Under the pieces are notes generated by a model that saw only the letters and a program-made list of their open reading frames with translations, did no database searches and was not told where the DNA came from. DNA of 64,000 nucleotides from Candidatus Hydrogenedentota bacterium (GTDB lineage: Bacteria > Hydrogenedentota > Hydrogenedentia > Hydrogenedentales > SLHB01): positions 160,001 to 224,000 of the forward strand of contig CAXXYE010000004.1 in assembly GCA_963674865.2 (NCBI GenBank). Direction: 5' to 3'. Shown piece after piece: positions 1-10,381 of the stretch. Position numbers and translations under genes: made by a program. How positions within the stretch are numbered: position 1 is the first letter of the stretch; the number at the start of each line of letters is the position of its first letter.

Positions 1-574
1 ACGCCGGATGAAGTCCGGTAGCGTATTGATCAATAGCTCGCGAGGCCCGGTGGCGGACGGCGAGGCCATCAAGCGCGCACTGGTGGATAAGCATCTTCAA
101 GCCTGCGTGCTGGACGTCTGGGAGGCCGAGCCGAACGTAGACGCCGAACTGCTGCAGCAGGTTTTCATTGGCACGCCGCACATCGCGGGATACTCGTTCG
201 ACGGGAAGGTTAACGGCACGCGGCAGATCTATGAGGCGGCGTGCGCATTTCTCGGCGTGAAGCCCGAGTGGGATCCCGCTCCTTTGCTGCCGCCGCCGGA
301 GTGCCGGGAAGTGTATGTGCCCGGGGACGCGACAGCGGTGCAGCGGACGGTTCTCACGGCGGTGCGAGAGGTTTACAGCATCTTCCGGGACGATAAGGCG
401 ATGCGCGGCATTCTGGAGGCGCCGGTAGAGGCGCGCGGGACGGTGTTTGACAGGCTGCGCAAGGAATATCCCCGGCGGCGCGAGTTCTTCAATACACGGG
501 CGAATGTGTCGCCGCCCAACAGCAAGATGGAGGCGATGCTCTCGGGCGTCGGCTTCCGGTGTGAGGCAATCTGA
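1..574 (+). CDS. pdxB: 4-phosphoerythronate dehydrogenase (D-2-hydroxyacid dehydrogenase family), 5' part outside the window
   Basis: INSSRG, LDVWEAEP and GTPHIAGYSFDGK motifs, plus the C-terminal FDRLRKEYPRRREF typical of PdxB; the reading frame is open from the window edge. Confidence 0.8.
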   Translation, partial: RRMKSGSVLINSSRGPVADGEAIKRALVDKHLQACVLDVWEAEPNVDAELLQQVFIGTPHIAGYSFDGKVNGTRQIYEAACAFLGVKPEWDPAPLLPPPECREVYVPGDATAVQRTVLTAVREVYSIFRDDKAMRGILEAPVEARGTVFDRLRKEYPRRREFFNTRANVSPPNSKMEAMLSGVGFRCEAI

Positions 575-1861
575 ATGACGGTTCTGAGCAAAATCAAAGA
601 GGATAGGCGTCTGAGCGACGCGGAATTGGCGGGATTCGTTTCCGAGGTCTTTCAGGACGGCCGGGCCGACGGCAAGCGGGTGCTGTTCATTATCCCGGAC
701 AGCACGCGAAGCATGCCGATGCCGGCGATGTTCCGGGCCTTGTTTGAGGTGTTGCACGGGCGCGTGAAGCAGATGGATTACCTCATCGCGTTGGGCACCC
801 ATCCGCCGATGTCGGATGAGGCTATCAACCGCCTCTTGGGACTGACTCCCGAGGAGCGAACCGGCACCTTTGCGGATGTGGGCATCTTCAATCACGAATG
901 GCAGAATGCGGATGCGCTGACGCACATCGGGACGATTACGGTGGATGAGATCGGCGAGATCTCCGGCGGCCTGATGCGTGAGAAGGCCGATGTCATGGTG
1001 AACAAGCGCATTTTTGATTACGACGCCGTGTACATCGTAGGGCCGGTGTTCCCGCACGAAGTGGTAGGATTCAGCGGCGGGAACAAGTACTTCTTCCCCG
1101 GCATCGCGGGGGAGGAGATTCTGAACCTCTTCCATTGGCTCGGGGCGCTGATCTCCAATCCAGTTGTCAACGGGACGAAATACACGCCGGTGCGGGCCGT
1201 GGTGGATAAGGCGGCGTCATTCATCGAGCTGGAGAAGCGCTGCTTCTGCTTGAACGTCAAGGGCAAGGACTGCAAGGCCATCTTCTTCGGGACGCCCGAG
1301 GAAGCCTGGGACGCGGCGGCGGATCTTTCCGCGCAGACGCACATTGAGTATAAAGAGCATCCCTACAAGAGCGTCTTGGCGATGGCGCCGGAGATGTACG
1401 ACGACATCTGGGTGGCCGGCAAGTGCATGTATAAGCTCGAACCGGTTGTGGCCGATGGCGGGGAACTGATCATCTACGCGCCGCACGTGAGCGAGATCAG
1501 TTTCACGCACGGACACCTCATTCAGAAGATTGGCTATCACACGCGGGACTATTTCCTGGCGCAGATGGAGAGATTCGAGGACATTCCCGGCGGGATTCTG
1601 GCGCATTCGACGCACGTGAGGGGCATCGGCACGTATGAGAACGGCGTCGAGAACTGCCGCGTGCAAGTGACGTTGGCCACGCAGATTCCCGAGGAGGTGT
1701 GCCACTCCATCAACCTTGGCTATCGCGATCCCGCGTCTATCCGGCCTGACGACTGGGCGGATAGAGAGGAAGAGGGCCTACTGCTGGTTCCTCATGCAGG
1801 TGAGGTGCTGTACCACTTGAAGGAGGGCAATCCGAAGCCGAGGCCCTTCAAGGCAGCGTAG
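575..1861 (+). CDS. LarA-family (nickel-pincer dependent) 2-hydroxyacid racemase/epimerase
   Basis: IIPDSTR, IALGTH and PHEVVGFSGGNKYFFPGIAG motifs, plus VVADGGELIIYAPH; ATG directly follows the pdxB TGA. Confidence 0.85.
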   Translation: MTVLSKIKEDRRLSDAELAGFVSEVFQDGRADGKRVLFIIPDSTRSMPMPAMFRALFEVLHGRVKQMDYLIALGTHPPMSDEAINRLLGLTPEERTGTFADVGIFNHEWQNADALTHIGTITVDEIGEISGGLMREKADVMVNKRIFDYDAVYIVGPVFPHEVVGFSGGNKYFFPGIAGEEILNLFHWLGALISNPVVNGTKYTPVRAVVDKAASFIELEKRCFCLNVKGKDCKAIFFGTPEEAWDAAADLSAQTHIEYKEHPYKSVLAMAPEMYDDIWVAGKCMYKLEPVVADGGELIIYAPHVSEISFTHGHLIQKIGYHTRDYFLAQMERFEDIPGGILAHSTHVRGIGTYENGVENCRVQVTLATQIPEEVCHSINLGYRDPASIRPDDWADREEEGLLLVPHAGEVLYHLKEGNPKPRPFKAA

Positions 1862-1901
1862 GTGCTGTCTCCGTGGCCGATCATCATGTGGCCTCCCAAT
1901 C

Positions 1902-3017
1902 ATGACTCCGCGTGAGCGAACCCTTGCGGTGTACCGCGGTGAGACGCCGGACGTCGTGCCGTACATGCTGGACTTGTCCCACTGGTTCTATCACAGGAAT
2001 CGCTTGCCGTGGGATCTCAGCCGGGCATACGAGCGCCCGGAATGCGCCCTGATCAACTACCACAAGTGCGCAGGCGCGGGATTCTACATGCCAAATCTGG
2101 GCATGTTCTATGAAGTCCATCACGCACCGGATGTGATGGCTACGACGGCGAAGAGCCCGGATGGGAGGGAGATCACCTGGCGGTATGAGACGCCGCTGGG
2201 CACCATCGAGCGCGCGCGGCGGTGGGAGGCCCAGACGTATGCGTGGGGCATCTCCAAGTGGGGAGTCGAGTCGGAACACGACTTGAAGGTGCTGGGCAGG
2301 GCGCTGGCCGGCAGAGTCTACACGCCGCGGTGGGACCTCTACCAGGCGTGGGCGGATTGCGTGGGCGACGCCGGCGTGGTGTACCTCTCGGCAGGCTACA
2401 GCGCCATGGGCCACCTGCTGAATTATTGGCTGGGCGTTGAGCGGACGGTGTATGCCGCAGTCGATTGGCCCGACACCATGCGTCAAGTGGTGGATAGAGT
2501 GAATGCCAACACGCTCGAATGCATCGACATGCTCGCGGCATCGCCCGCTGAGGTCATTATCATGGGCGACAACTTCTCGAGCGATATCCAGCCGCCATCG
2601 TTCTTCGAGCAGTGGGCGAAGCCGTTCTACGTAGAGGCCCTGAGGCGGCTGCATGCCGCGGGGAAGTACGTCGCCGTGCATATAGACGGGAGACTGCGCG
2701 GCGCGTTAGGTATGTTTCGCGATCTGGGCGCCGACTGCGCCGATGCGGTGACGCCGCGGCCCATGGGCGATCTAGAGCCGGAGGCATGTCGTGAGGAGGC
2801 GGGGACGGACATGATCCTTTCGGGCGGCGTATCGCCCGACCTATGGCTGCCCGATGCCGACTTGGAGGACTTCAAAGGCGCCGTGATGCGGTGGCTGGCG
2901 CTGAAGCGGCGCAGCGCGCGCCTCATCGCCAATGCGGGCGATCAGGTTCCCCCGGGCGCCGAGGAAGATAGAATCGCGATCATGCGGGATTTGGTTGAGC
3001 GACACGGCGCGTATTAG
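1902..3017 (+). CDS. Uroporphyrinogen decarboxylase / MtaA-CmuA methyltransferase superfamily protein
   Basis: MTPRER...PDVVPY N-terminus, GDN, VHIDG, ILSGG and GDQVPPG pattern of URO-D TIM-barrel proteins. Confidence 0.75.
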   Translation: MTPRERTLAVYRGETPDVVPYMLDLSHWFYHRNRLPWDLSRAYERPECALINYHKCAGAGFYMPNLGMFYEVHHAPDVMATTAKSPDGREITWRYETPLGTIERARRWEAQTYAWGISKWGVESEHDLKVLGRALAGRVYTPRWDLYQAWADCVGDAGVVYLSAGYSAMGHLLNYWLGVERTVYAAVDWPDTMRQVVDRVNANTLECIDMLAASPAEVIIMGDNFSSDIQPPSFFEQWAKPFYVEALRRLHAAGKYVAVHIDGRLRGALGMFRDLGADCADAVTPRPMGDLEPEACREEAGTDMILSGGVSPDLWLPDADLEDFKGAVMRWLALKRRSARLIANAGDQVPPGAEEDRIAIMRDLVERHGAY

Positions 3018-3079
3018 ACTACGCTCCGAATATCGACGCAGCAGGCGGTTCACGAACAACAGAGTAGGAGTTACGAGGA

Positions 3080-4366
3080 ATGCCGAGGAATGTGATTGTT
3101 GCGCAGTCGGGCGGGCCGAGTCCCGTCATTAACAGTTCGTTGCGGGGAGTGATCGAGGGATGCAAGCTGTTTCCGGAGGCGTTCGGGACGATCTACGGCG
3201 GCTGGCACGGGATCGAGGGGGTGCTGAAGGAGGAGCTCCTGGATCTGTCCGCGCAGGATGAGGAGGAAGTGGCGCTGCTGCGTTACACGCCCGCGGCGGG
3301 CTCCATCGGGACATGCCGCTACAAGCTGAAGAAGGGGCAGGACGAGGATTTCAAGCGCGTCATCGATGTGATGAAGGCCCATGACGTGGGCTATTTCTTC
3401 TACAACGGCGGCAATGACTCGATGGACACGGCGCACAAGGTGAGCGTCCTGGCGAATGAGCAGGGACTGGACCTTGTGGCGGTGGGCGTGCCGAAAACCA
3501 TCGATAATGACGTGGGCGATTCGGAGTTCAAGCTGATCGATCATACGCCCGGCTACGGGAGCGTGGCGCGTTACTGGATGGGCGTCGTGCAGAACGCGAA
3601 CGAGGAGAACGCGGGCTCGTGTCCCGCCGATCCCGTGCTGGTGTTGCAGGCGATGGGGCGGAAGATCGGATACATTCCGGCGGCGGCGCGTTTGGCGGAT
3701 CCGAAGCGCGAAATGCCGCTGCAGATCTACATGGCCGAAGCGGGCGTCTCGCCGGAGGAGATGTGCGACCTCGTAAGCGATCAGCTTAAGAAGGACGGCC
3801 GCTGCATTGTGGTTGTGAGCGAAGGTTTCGAGGTTGGTGAATTGGGCGAGACGAAGGATAGTTTCGGCCACACGCAGTTCAGCGCGTCGAAGACGACGGT
3901 GGCGCAGCAGGTGGTGACGATGCTGAACGAGAAGGGCTTGCCGGTGCCGGGCGCGGCGCGGGGCCAAGTCTCGGGGACGGATCAGCGGGACACGTGCCTG
4001 TACGCGTCGGTTGTGGATCTTGACGAGGCGTACAAGGTGGGCCAGCAGGCGGCGTTGATCGCGGCGTCGGGCGAGAATGGCTGGATGGCCACCATCCTGC
4101 GCGAGCCCGGGCCCATCTACAACGTGCGCTACGACAAGGTGCCGCTCGAGGACGTGGCGAACTCCGAGCGCACGTTCCCGCAGGCGTGGCTCAGTCCGAA
4201 CAAGATCGACGTGACGGATGACTTCGTGCGCTACGCCAAGCCGCTCATTGGCGAAGACTGGGCGAGCGTGCCGGTAGTCAACGGACGTCAGCGGTTTACG
4301 CGGTTCAAACCGGTATTTGCCGAGAAGAGGCTGCCGGCATACACGCTCGAGGCGCTGCGGAAGTAG
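3080..4366 (+). CDS. pfkA: 6-phosphofructokinase, probably pyrophosphate-dependent
   Basis: AQSGGPSPVIN, GGNDSMD (Asp at the PPi-determining position), PKTIDND and MGR motifs. Confidence 0.88.
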   Translation: MPRNVIVAQSGGPSPVINSSLRGVIEGCKLFPEAFGTIYGGWHGIEGVLKEELLDLSAQDEEEVALLRYTPAAGSIGTCRYKLKKGQDEDFKRVIDVMKAHDVGYFFYNGGNDSMDTAHKVSVLANEQGLDLVAVGVPKTIDNDVGDSEFKLIDHTPGYGSVARYWMGVVQNANEENAGSCPADPVLVLQAMGRKIGYIPAAARLADPKREMPLQIYMAEAGVSPEEMCDLVSDQLKKDGRCIVVVSEGFEVGELGETKDSFGHTQFSASKTTVAQQVVTMLNEKGLPVPGAARGQVSGTDQRDTCLYASVVDLDEAYKVGQQAALIAASGENGWMATILREPGPIYNVRYDKVPLEDVANSERTFPQAWLSPNKIDVTDDFVRYAKPLIGEDWASVPVVNGRQRFTRFKPVFAEKRLPAYTLEALRK

Positions 4367-4390
4367 CTGCCTGATAGGCGAGAATTCAGT

Positions 4391-4427
4391 GGTGGGGCGG
4401 GCCTAAGATCCCGCCCCATCTTGTTTT
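4391..4427 (+). terminator. Rho-independent terminator after pfk
   Basis: Stem GGTGGGGCGGG / CCCGCCCCATC followed by TTGTTTT. Confidence 0.75.
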
Positions 4428-4543
4428 ACGCCAATTCCCGAAAAACGCGAAGACATCCGCCGGAATCCTCGCCTTGAATCCGATGAATGTGGGGAACGCA
4501 GATAGAATTCCCACACGAGTTGTGTGTATTTACTACTAGAGAG

Positions 4544-4570
4544 TTGACGCGCTAACGATTGTGGTATAGT
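4544..4570 (+). promoter_or_regulatory. Putative sigma70 promoter (extended -10) for the 4607 ORF
   Basis: TTGACG, then TGG-TATAGT; the 15-bp spacer is short; AGGAGG RBS lies downstream. Confidence 0.4.
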
Positions 4571-4606
4571 TTCGGATAGGATAACGCAACCTTCTAGGAG
4601 GTCGAT

Positions 4607-5143
4607 ATGAATGCCAAGCTGAAGGACCTTCGAGACATGTGGATGTGGCAGGCGCCCTTATTGAGTGTTACGGTAGGCGTCTTTGTCCTGGTTCCGATCT
4701 TGATAGCCTGTGTACTGTATCCTTCCCGCGGCGTAATGGGTCTTATGGCGCTTCCCTTTGCTTCCATCGGCGTTGCCGGGGGGCTGGTGTACGGTTGGGT
4801 CGTTAGGAGAGTCGCTCGTTTGCGCCAGTCTGCCTCTGCGGAAGAGGGAGAGGCCGTCTACGGCCTTATCGTGAATGGGATCATCCAGTCGCCGGGAGTC
4901 GTAGTCCTGAAGGCCGGCGTGATTGAGTTTCTGCCTATCGTGGGCAAGCCACTCACCATCCCTGTCGAGGCCATCGACTCCGTTCGAACCTGCCGCTGGT
5001 TCAATGGCACGTACTATCTCTGGAAGACGGGCTTCTGGCTCAAGGTTCTGGGAAGAGATCGGCTCGGCTTTGCCGTGGCAACCAGTCTTGCCGGTAAGTG
5101 GCGCGGCCTGTTAGAGTCTACGAAGGTGCCTGAGGGCGTCTGA
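4607..5143 (+). CDS. Hypothetical membrane protein (2 N-terminal TM helices, beta-rich PH-like C-terminal domain)
   Basis: Strong AGGAGG RBS; two hydrophobic segments. Confidence 0.65.
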   Translation: MNAKLKDLRDMWMWQAPLLSVTVGVFVLVPILIACVLYPSRGVMGLMALPFASIGVAGGLVYGWVVRRVARLRQSASAEEGEAVYGLIVNGIIQSPGVVVLKAGVIEFLPIVGKPLTIPVEAIDSVRTCRWFNGTYYLWKTGFWLKVLGRDRLGFAVATSLAGKWRGLLESTKVPEGV

Positions 5144-5332
5144 AAAGGCCCGCTATGAGTTGTGCGTGAGTCGGGCGAGGAGACGCAGAGGATTCTTCAG
5201 CGCAGTGGGAGTCTCCGTGGACAAACCGACGACAAAGAGCCTGTGGCGGCGGTGTCGGCCTCAGGGCGGCGCCACCGATTGCCATGAAGCGGTTCAGCGC
5301 ATAGGCACAAGAGGCGTTGGGGGGCGAGCCCA

Positions 5333-8300
5333 ATGATTCTTGATCTGCTTCACAACGTAGCCGTCCTCGTCGCTCTATCGGTGGGTGTTCAGGCGTTGGC
5401 GCGGCGCGTTGATGCCGATTCGCCCCTCTATGGAATCGCGACGGGACTTCTTTTCGGCATGGCAGGGATCGTGGGAATGTCGACGCCCATGACCTTCGCG
5501 CCGGGGGTGATCTATGACGGCCGCTCCATTGTCCTGAGTTTGGCCGGCTTGTTTGGCGGGCCCCTGGCGGCCGCGCTAGGAGGGGGTCTTTGCGCTGCCT
5601 ATCGATTCTACTTGGGCGGCGCTGGTGTATGGGCGGGCGTGGGCACGGTTGTCGAGGCCTCTGTGCTCGGGATATGCCTCCACTACCTGCGACGCCGTGA
5701 CGAGGGCTGGGCAAGTCCCTTCTGGCTCTTGACGTTCGGGCTTTTCGTGCACGCAGGCATGCTCGCCCTGCAATTTCTGATACCTGGCATGGGCTGGGAG
5801 ATCCTGCGCCGTGTCGGCCCGGCGGTGCTGGTGTTCTATCCTATAGGCTTTCTCTTGACGGCGCAGGTGTTCCTCGATGGCGAACGAAGGCGAAAGGCTG
5901 AGAAGTCGTTGCGCGAGAGCGAGGAGCGCTATCGTGCGGTGGTGGAAGACACGCCGGTTCTAATCTGCCGGTATCTTCCCGGAGGCGAGATAACCTATGT
6001 CAACGAGGCTTTTTGCAGGTATTTCGGGAGAACCGCCGAGGACGTGGCGGGGCAGTCGGTTTTCTCACTGGCTGTGGAGGGTGAGCGGGAAAGGATGATG
6101 GCCGACATCGCCGCGCTGAACGTTGCTTCTTCGACCCTATCCCAAGATTACCAGGTGCTCGCCCCGGGCGGAGAGCCCCGCTGGGAGCGCTGGACATGCC
6201 GCGCCCTTTTTGGGCCCCAGGGACAAGCCGTGGCTTACCAGGCCGTCGGAGAGGATATCACCCGCCGAAAGCTTGCAGAAGAGGCTCTCCAAAGGAGCGA
6301 GTCGCTGCACGTTCTGGCCCGGCGCGCTTCGGGTTTGGGTATCTGGGAATGGAATATCACGGAGAAGAAAGTGTATTGGACTCCTGAGGTCGAAGCCATC
6401 TTCGGCTATGAGCCCGGTGAGACCAACGGCGTTCTAGAGGATGTCACTTCGCGTATCCACCCGGAGGACGTGGACGGCTGGCGGGAGTCTGTTGAGGCGT
6501 CGGTGGAGGAGGGTAAGGAGCATCGTCTTGATTTCCGTGTCATCTGGCCGGATCAATCGGTACACTGGGTTTTCGTTCTGGGAGACGCCGAACGCGATAC
6601 GTCCGGCAAAGCCACGCGTATGGTCGGGATCGTCACGGATATAACGGAGCGAAAGCAAGCTGAGGTGGCGCTACGCAGCAGTGAACGTTTTCTGAACAGC
6701 GTATTCGAGGCTATCCGGGAAGGAATAAGCGTCCTTGACCTCGACCTGAGCATCGTTCGCGTCAACAAATGGATTGAGGAGAAGTACTCACCCCAGGCGG
6801 TTCTATATGGAAAGAAGTGCTATGCCGCCTACCAGCAACGCGATGCCGTATGCCCATGGTGTCCCAGCCTGAAGGCTATCGAAACGGGGGAAACGCAGAT
6901 TGCCGAGGTGCCCTATGCTGCCACGCAGGGCCAGAACGGCTGGCTGGAGCTGTCGGCTTTCCCGTTGAAAGATGAACACGGCAAGGTAACCGGGGTGATC
7001 GAGTGCGTAAGAGATCTGACGGAGCGCAAACTTGCTGAGGCGGAGCGAGAGCGCTTGATGTCGGCCATCGAGCAAGCCGCGGAGGTCGTCGTCATCACGG
7101 ACAGGGAGGGGGCCATCCAGTACGTTAATCCGGCTTTTGAGCGGGTTACGGGCTACACGCGCGAAGAGGCCCTCGGCCGGAATCCTCGGATACTCAAGAG
7201 CGGCGAGCACGATGCCGCATTCTACCGCAACCTATGGGATCGGCTTGTGCAGGGACAGCCTTGGACTGGCCACTTCAGCAACAAGAAGAAGGACGGTACG
7301 CTGTACCAGGAGGAGGCGACGATATCCCCGGTAAGGGATGCGACCGGCCAAGTCACCAACTACGTGGCTGTGAAGCGCGATGTAACACACGAGCAGGAAC
7401 TCGAAGAGCAGTTGTTGAGATCTCAGAAGATGGAGGCCATTGGCCAATTGGCGGGGGGCGTAGCCCACGACTTCAATAACATCTTACAGGCGATGCTAGG
7501 GCATCTTGCGTTTGCCATGGAGCGTGCGGCTCCCGGCGCGCCAATCCGCGAGGATCTCCAACAAGTTAGATCGGGCGCTGAGCGCGCGGCCGAATTGACG
7601 CGGCAGCTGCTCGCGTTTGGCCGCCAGCAAGTACTGCAGCCGAAGGACATCGATCTTAACCAAGTTGTAGGCGGAGTGCTCAGGATGGTTGAGCGGGTCA
7701 TCGGCGAGGATATACAGCTTGATTTCATCCCAGGGCATCAACTCGGAACTGTGCTTGCCGATCCAAGTCAGCTAGAGCAAGTGATTATGAACCTGTGCAT
7801 CAATGCTCGGGACGCGATGCCGCAAGGTGGCAAACTGACGGTCAAAACTCAAAATGTCGTGCTCGATAGCGCTTACTGCGAGATGCATCCCTGGGCGAAG
7901 CCGGGGCGTTTCGCTCTCCTGAAGGTGGCGGATACGGGCACCGGTATGGACGAAGAGACGCAGCGCCGGGCCTTCGAGCCGTTTTTTACCACCAAGGAGC
8001 TGGGCAAGGGCACAGGCCTAGGCCTGGCCACCGCCTATGGCATCGTGAAGCAGCATGATGGACTTATCCAGGTGTACAGTGGGCCGGGCCGCGGTAGCCT
8101 GTTCAAGGTCTACCTACCGGCTGCCACGCGGGCCGCAGGCCAGGTGGAGCGTGAAAGTGAGGGGCCCGTCGGTGGCGGCACAGAGACTATTCTTGTTGCC
8201 GAGGACGACGACGTGATTCGCGGCCTTGCGGTGCGCGTTCTGGAGAAGGCCGGATACACGGTGCTCGAGGCGTCGAACGGCGAGGAGGCGGTTGAAGTTT

Positions 8301-8557
8301 TCAGGGCGCACTCGGGCGAGATTGACCTGGCCTTGTTTGATGTCGTGATGCCAAAGATGAGCGGCCCCGCCGCCTATGACGCGCTGAGGACCATGGGCCC
8401 GCAGCTTCGCGTTCTCTTCAGCAGCGGCTACAGTGCGAACAGCGACCTCACGCGATTCTCTCTTGATGAAGGGGTGGAACTTATCCAGAAACCTTACGAA
8501 CCCAAGGCGCTTCTTCGCAAGGTGCGCGAGATCCTCGACGCGCCGCCGGCAAGCTGA
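5333..8557 (+). CDS. Hybrid sensor histidine kinase: 5TM-5TMR_LYT input, 4 PAS domains, HisKA/HATPase and receiver
   Basis: GVIYDGR LytS-type membrane domain; PAS/PAC repeats (DITRRK, DITERK); H-box [12 protein letters not shown]-box NARDAM; G-boxes; C-terminal receiver (DVVMP, KP). Confidence 0.93.
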   Translation: MILDLLHNVAVLVALSVGVQALARRVDADSPLYGIATGLLFGMAGIVGMSTPMTFAPGVIYDGRSIVLSLAGLFGGPLAAALGGGLCAAYRFYLGGAGVWAGVGTVVEASVLGICLHYLRRRDEGWASPFWLLTFGLFVHAGMLALQFLIPGMGWEILRRVGPAVLVFYPIGFLLTAQVFLDGERRRKAEKSLRESEERYRAVVEDTPVLICRYLPGGEITYVNEAFCRYFGRTAEDVAGQSVFSLAVEGERERMMADIAALNVASSTLSQDYQVLAPGGEPRWERWTCRALFGPQGQAVAYQAVGEDITRRKLAEEALQRSESLHVLARRASGLGIWEWNITEKKVYWTPEVEAIFGYEPGETNGVLEDVTSRIHPEDVDGWRESVEASVEEGKEHRLDFRVIWPDQSVHWVFVLGDAERDTSGKATRMVGIVTDITERKQAEVALRSSERFLNSVFEAIREGISVLDLDLSIVRVNKWIEEKYSPQAVLYGKKCYAAYQQRDAVCPWCPSLKAIETGETQIAEVPYAATQGQNGWLELSAFPLKDEHGKVTGVIECVRDLTERKLAEAERERLMSAIEQAAEVVVITDREGAIQYVNPAFERVTGYTREEALGRNPRILKSGEHDAAFYRNLWDRLVQGQPWTGHFSNKKKDGTLYQEEATISPVRDATGQVTNYVAVKRDVTHEQELEEQLLRSQKMEAIGQLAGGVAHDFNNILQAMLGHLAFAMERAAPGAPIREDLQQVRSGAERAAELTRQLLAFGRQQVLQPKDIDLNQVVGGVLRMVERVIGEDIQLDFIPGHQLGTVLADPSQLEQVIMNLCINARDAMPQGGKLTVKTQNVVLDSAYCEMHPWAKPGRFALLKVADTGTGMDEETQRRAFEPFFTTKELGKGTGLGLATAYGIVKQHDGLIQVYSGPGRGSLFKVYLPAATRAAGQVERESEGPVGGGTETILVAEDDDVIRGLAVRVLEKAGYTVLEASNGEEAVEVFRAHSGEIDLALFDVVMPKMSGPAAYDALRTMGPQLRVLFSSGYSANSDLTRFSLDEGVELIQKPYEPKALLRKVREILDAPPAS

Positions 8558-8614
8558 ACCGGAGTCCGGTGTACTCGACGTTTCTGTGTTCCCAACGCCT
8601 CAACGCCGAGATGC

Positions 8615-8827
8615 TTAGGACGCAAGGGGATGAATAGGAAGAGGCCTGCGGGGTTCGGCGGCGGGTCCTCCTAGGGCTGTTCCGTTGCGCGTCCTGTAGA
8701 CCTCGACCACTGTCCCCCGATACGCCTTGTTCTTTTCGATGCCTGCCTTGATGCCAAATTCCCAGACGAGCGTGCCGCTGACGGCGTGAATAAGCACGAG
8801 CGTGCTTATGAGCTTCGGCTTGGCCAT
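8615..8827 (-). CDS. Small hypothetical membrane protein, possibly a truncated remnant
   Basis: MAKPKLISTLVLIHAVSGTLVWEFG hydrophobic start just after the SGNH gene stop; the C-terminal part looks low-complexity. Confidence 0.3.
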   Translation of the reverse strand: MAKPKLISTLVLIHAVSGTLVWEFGIKAGIEKNKAYRGTVVEVYRTRNGTALGGPAAEPRRPLPIHPLAS

Positions 8828-8831
8828 TCGT

Positions 8832-9545
8832 TCAGGTGCGGCCAGTGGCGTGGGAGTCGCCGCTTTCGTCTTGTGGCTCTCCAAGCGCATCGAGGATGGA
8901 TTTGGCCACCAGCTGAGCGAGGGCCTTGGAGCCTTTATCGGTGAAGTGGACGTTATTGGGCCGTTGAAGCTCGTCAAGCCGGGGCAGCGTGAAAGCATAG
9001 AGGTCGTCCACGGCCACCTCATGCCGCTTCATGATCTTGAGGGCGGCGGCATTGTATCGCTTCGCCTGGCGGGCCTCGCGGAGAGGGCCTTCGGGTCGAT
9101 CGGGGTAGGCGGTAGTGGTAGCGAAGATCAGCTTGGCGCCGGTGTCCTTCAGGCGGCGGACGATAACCTCCATGTTCTTCTTGTACTGCCTGAGAGGCAC
9201 CTGGATATGGCCGCTTTCTTCGAACGCCGAGTTCTTGCCGTTTTCGTCCACGTACTTGAGATCGTGGAGGCCGTGGTTGAAGTGGATGACGTCCCATTTC
9301 GTGTTGCCGAGCCACTCGTCGAGGCGGGCGACGCCGTTGCCGGAATGGGTGGCATTGCCGGGATTGTGTACGACTTCAGCTTTTCCCTTGAGGAGCGTTT
9401 CAAGCGGCGGTGTGTATCCGATGGAGATGGAATCGCCGATAATGAGCACCTTGGGCAGGTCGGGCTTGATGCCTGTGCTGACGTCTTGAGCGTCTGCTCC
9501 GAATAGCAACTGAGTTGATGCAACGAAGAATAGACACATGGCCAA
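8832..9545 (-). CDS. Exported SGNH/GDSL hydrolase (esterase)
   Basis: Signal peptide; IGDSIS block I, FNHGLHD block III and NNVHF block V. Confidence 0.88.
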   Translation of the reverse strand: MAMCLFFVASTQLLFGADAQDVSTGIKPDLPKVLIIGDSISIGYTPPLETLLKGKAEVVHNPGNATHSGNGVARLDEWLGNTKWDVIHFNHGLHDLKYVDENGKNSAFEESGHIQVPLRQYKKNMEVIVRRLKDTGAKLIFATTTAYPDRPEGPLREARQAKRYNAAALKIMKRHEVAVDDLYAFTLPRLDELQRPNNVHFTDKGSKALAQLVAKSILDALGEPQDESGDSHATGRT

Positions 9546-9682
9546 AGCTGCTCCTTTGTCGATTGTGCGCTTTTCGTCAGCCTACCAACACGGCGGAGGA
9601 ATTGCCACTAATCCCGTTCGTGGGTGGGCCAGGGCCACTCCGATAGCTGGGCCCTACTTGACGACGGCCGACATTGTGTGAG

Positions 9683-10381
9683 CTACCTTATTCGCAGCGC
9701 GTTGGGAGCGTCCTCCGGCAGAGTGCAGTCGAAGCGGCGGTAGCCGAATGCGTCAAAATCCTCGGCGGCATAGGCCCATACCATCTGTTCCTCATCCGTG
9801 CCGCGGAAGTGATCGAAGAAGCTGCCTGGTGGACGAATGCCCCTTTCGGGATGATGCGGGAAAGGGGGCACGTTATCGGGATCGACGAAGGGAAGCTCGA
9901 TTAGGCACTCCGGCAACCGCTCGAAGTAGAGCACCAGCTTCACCCGTGCCCGATCAATGAAACGCTTCTGGTTGATGTCGTGCCCCTCGCTCTCGTTCCT
10001 GAGGACGGCGTCGCGGATTCTCTCCTCGAGTGGGATGGCCGACTGCTGAGGCATTTCCTTTTGCTGCTGTTTCTCTCTTGTCTTCAGAATGGCGCGGGAT
10101 TTCCTGAGTCGTTCCTTCTCGCTCCGGCACGGCCCCAATTCTTGCTCCGTCACCCCCTGGTCGTCCCAGCATACGGCGAAGTGGCCGCCTGTGGCTCTGT
10201 CGTAAGGATTTCGCACAATCGTGAAAATCAGATAATCAGCGGCTTCTTCAGGAACGTCGTAGTCATGATGGCCGCCATACCACTGGCCGTCGAAGTACTC
10301 GACGAGCCAGTTGTTCATTGACTTCGAGGCGTTGCGCGGGATGCCTATGTAGACGTACTTGTGAGTATGAGAAATGATCAT
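9683..10381 (-). CDS. Sulfotransferase family 2 protein
   Basis: MIISHTHKYVYIGIPRNASKS 5'-PSB region, VRNPYDR and C-terminal DFDAFGY; start re-placed at ATG 10381. Confidence 0.8.
   Translation of the reverse strand: MIISHTHKYVYIGIPRNASKSMNNWLVEYFDGQWYGGHHDYDVPEEAADYLIFTIVRNPYDRATGGHFAVCWDDQGVTEQELGPCRSEKERLRKSRAILKTREKQQQKEMPQQSAIPLEERIRDAVLRNESEGHDINQKRFIDRARVKLVLYFERLPECLIELPFVDPDNVPPFPHHPERGIRPPGSFFDHFRGTDEEQMVWAYAAEDFDAFGYRRFDCTLPEDAPNALRIR

Noticed and set aside
1859..4366. Genome-wide TAG recoding, prompted by the amber codon in the sulfotransferase
   Set aside because: larA, the URO-D gene, pfk, the AKR gene and ablA all end at TAG at their expected C-termini
4486..4530. Short dyads (TGTGGGGAA/TTCCCACA and CACAC/GTGTG) upstream of the 4607 gene
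   Set aside because: Short and imperfect, with no adjacent regulator; could be chance
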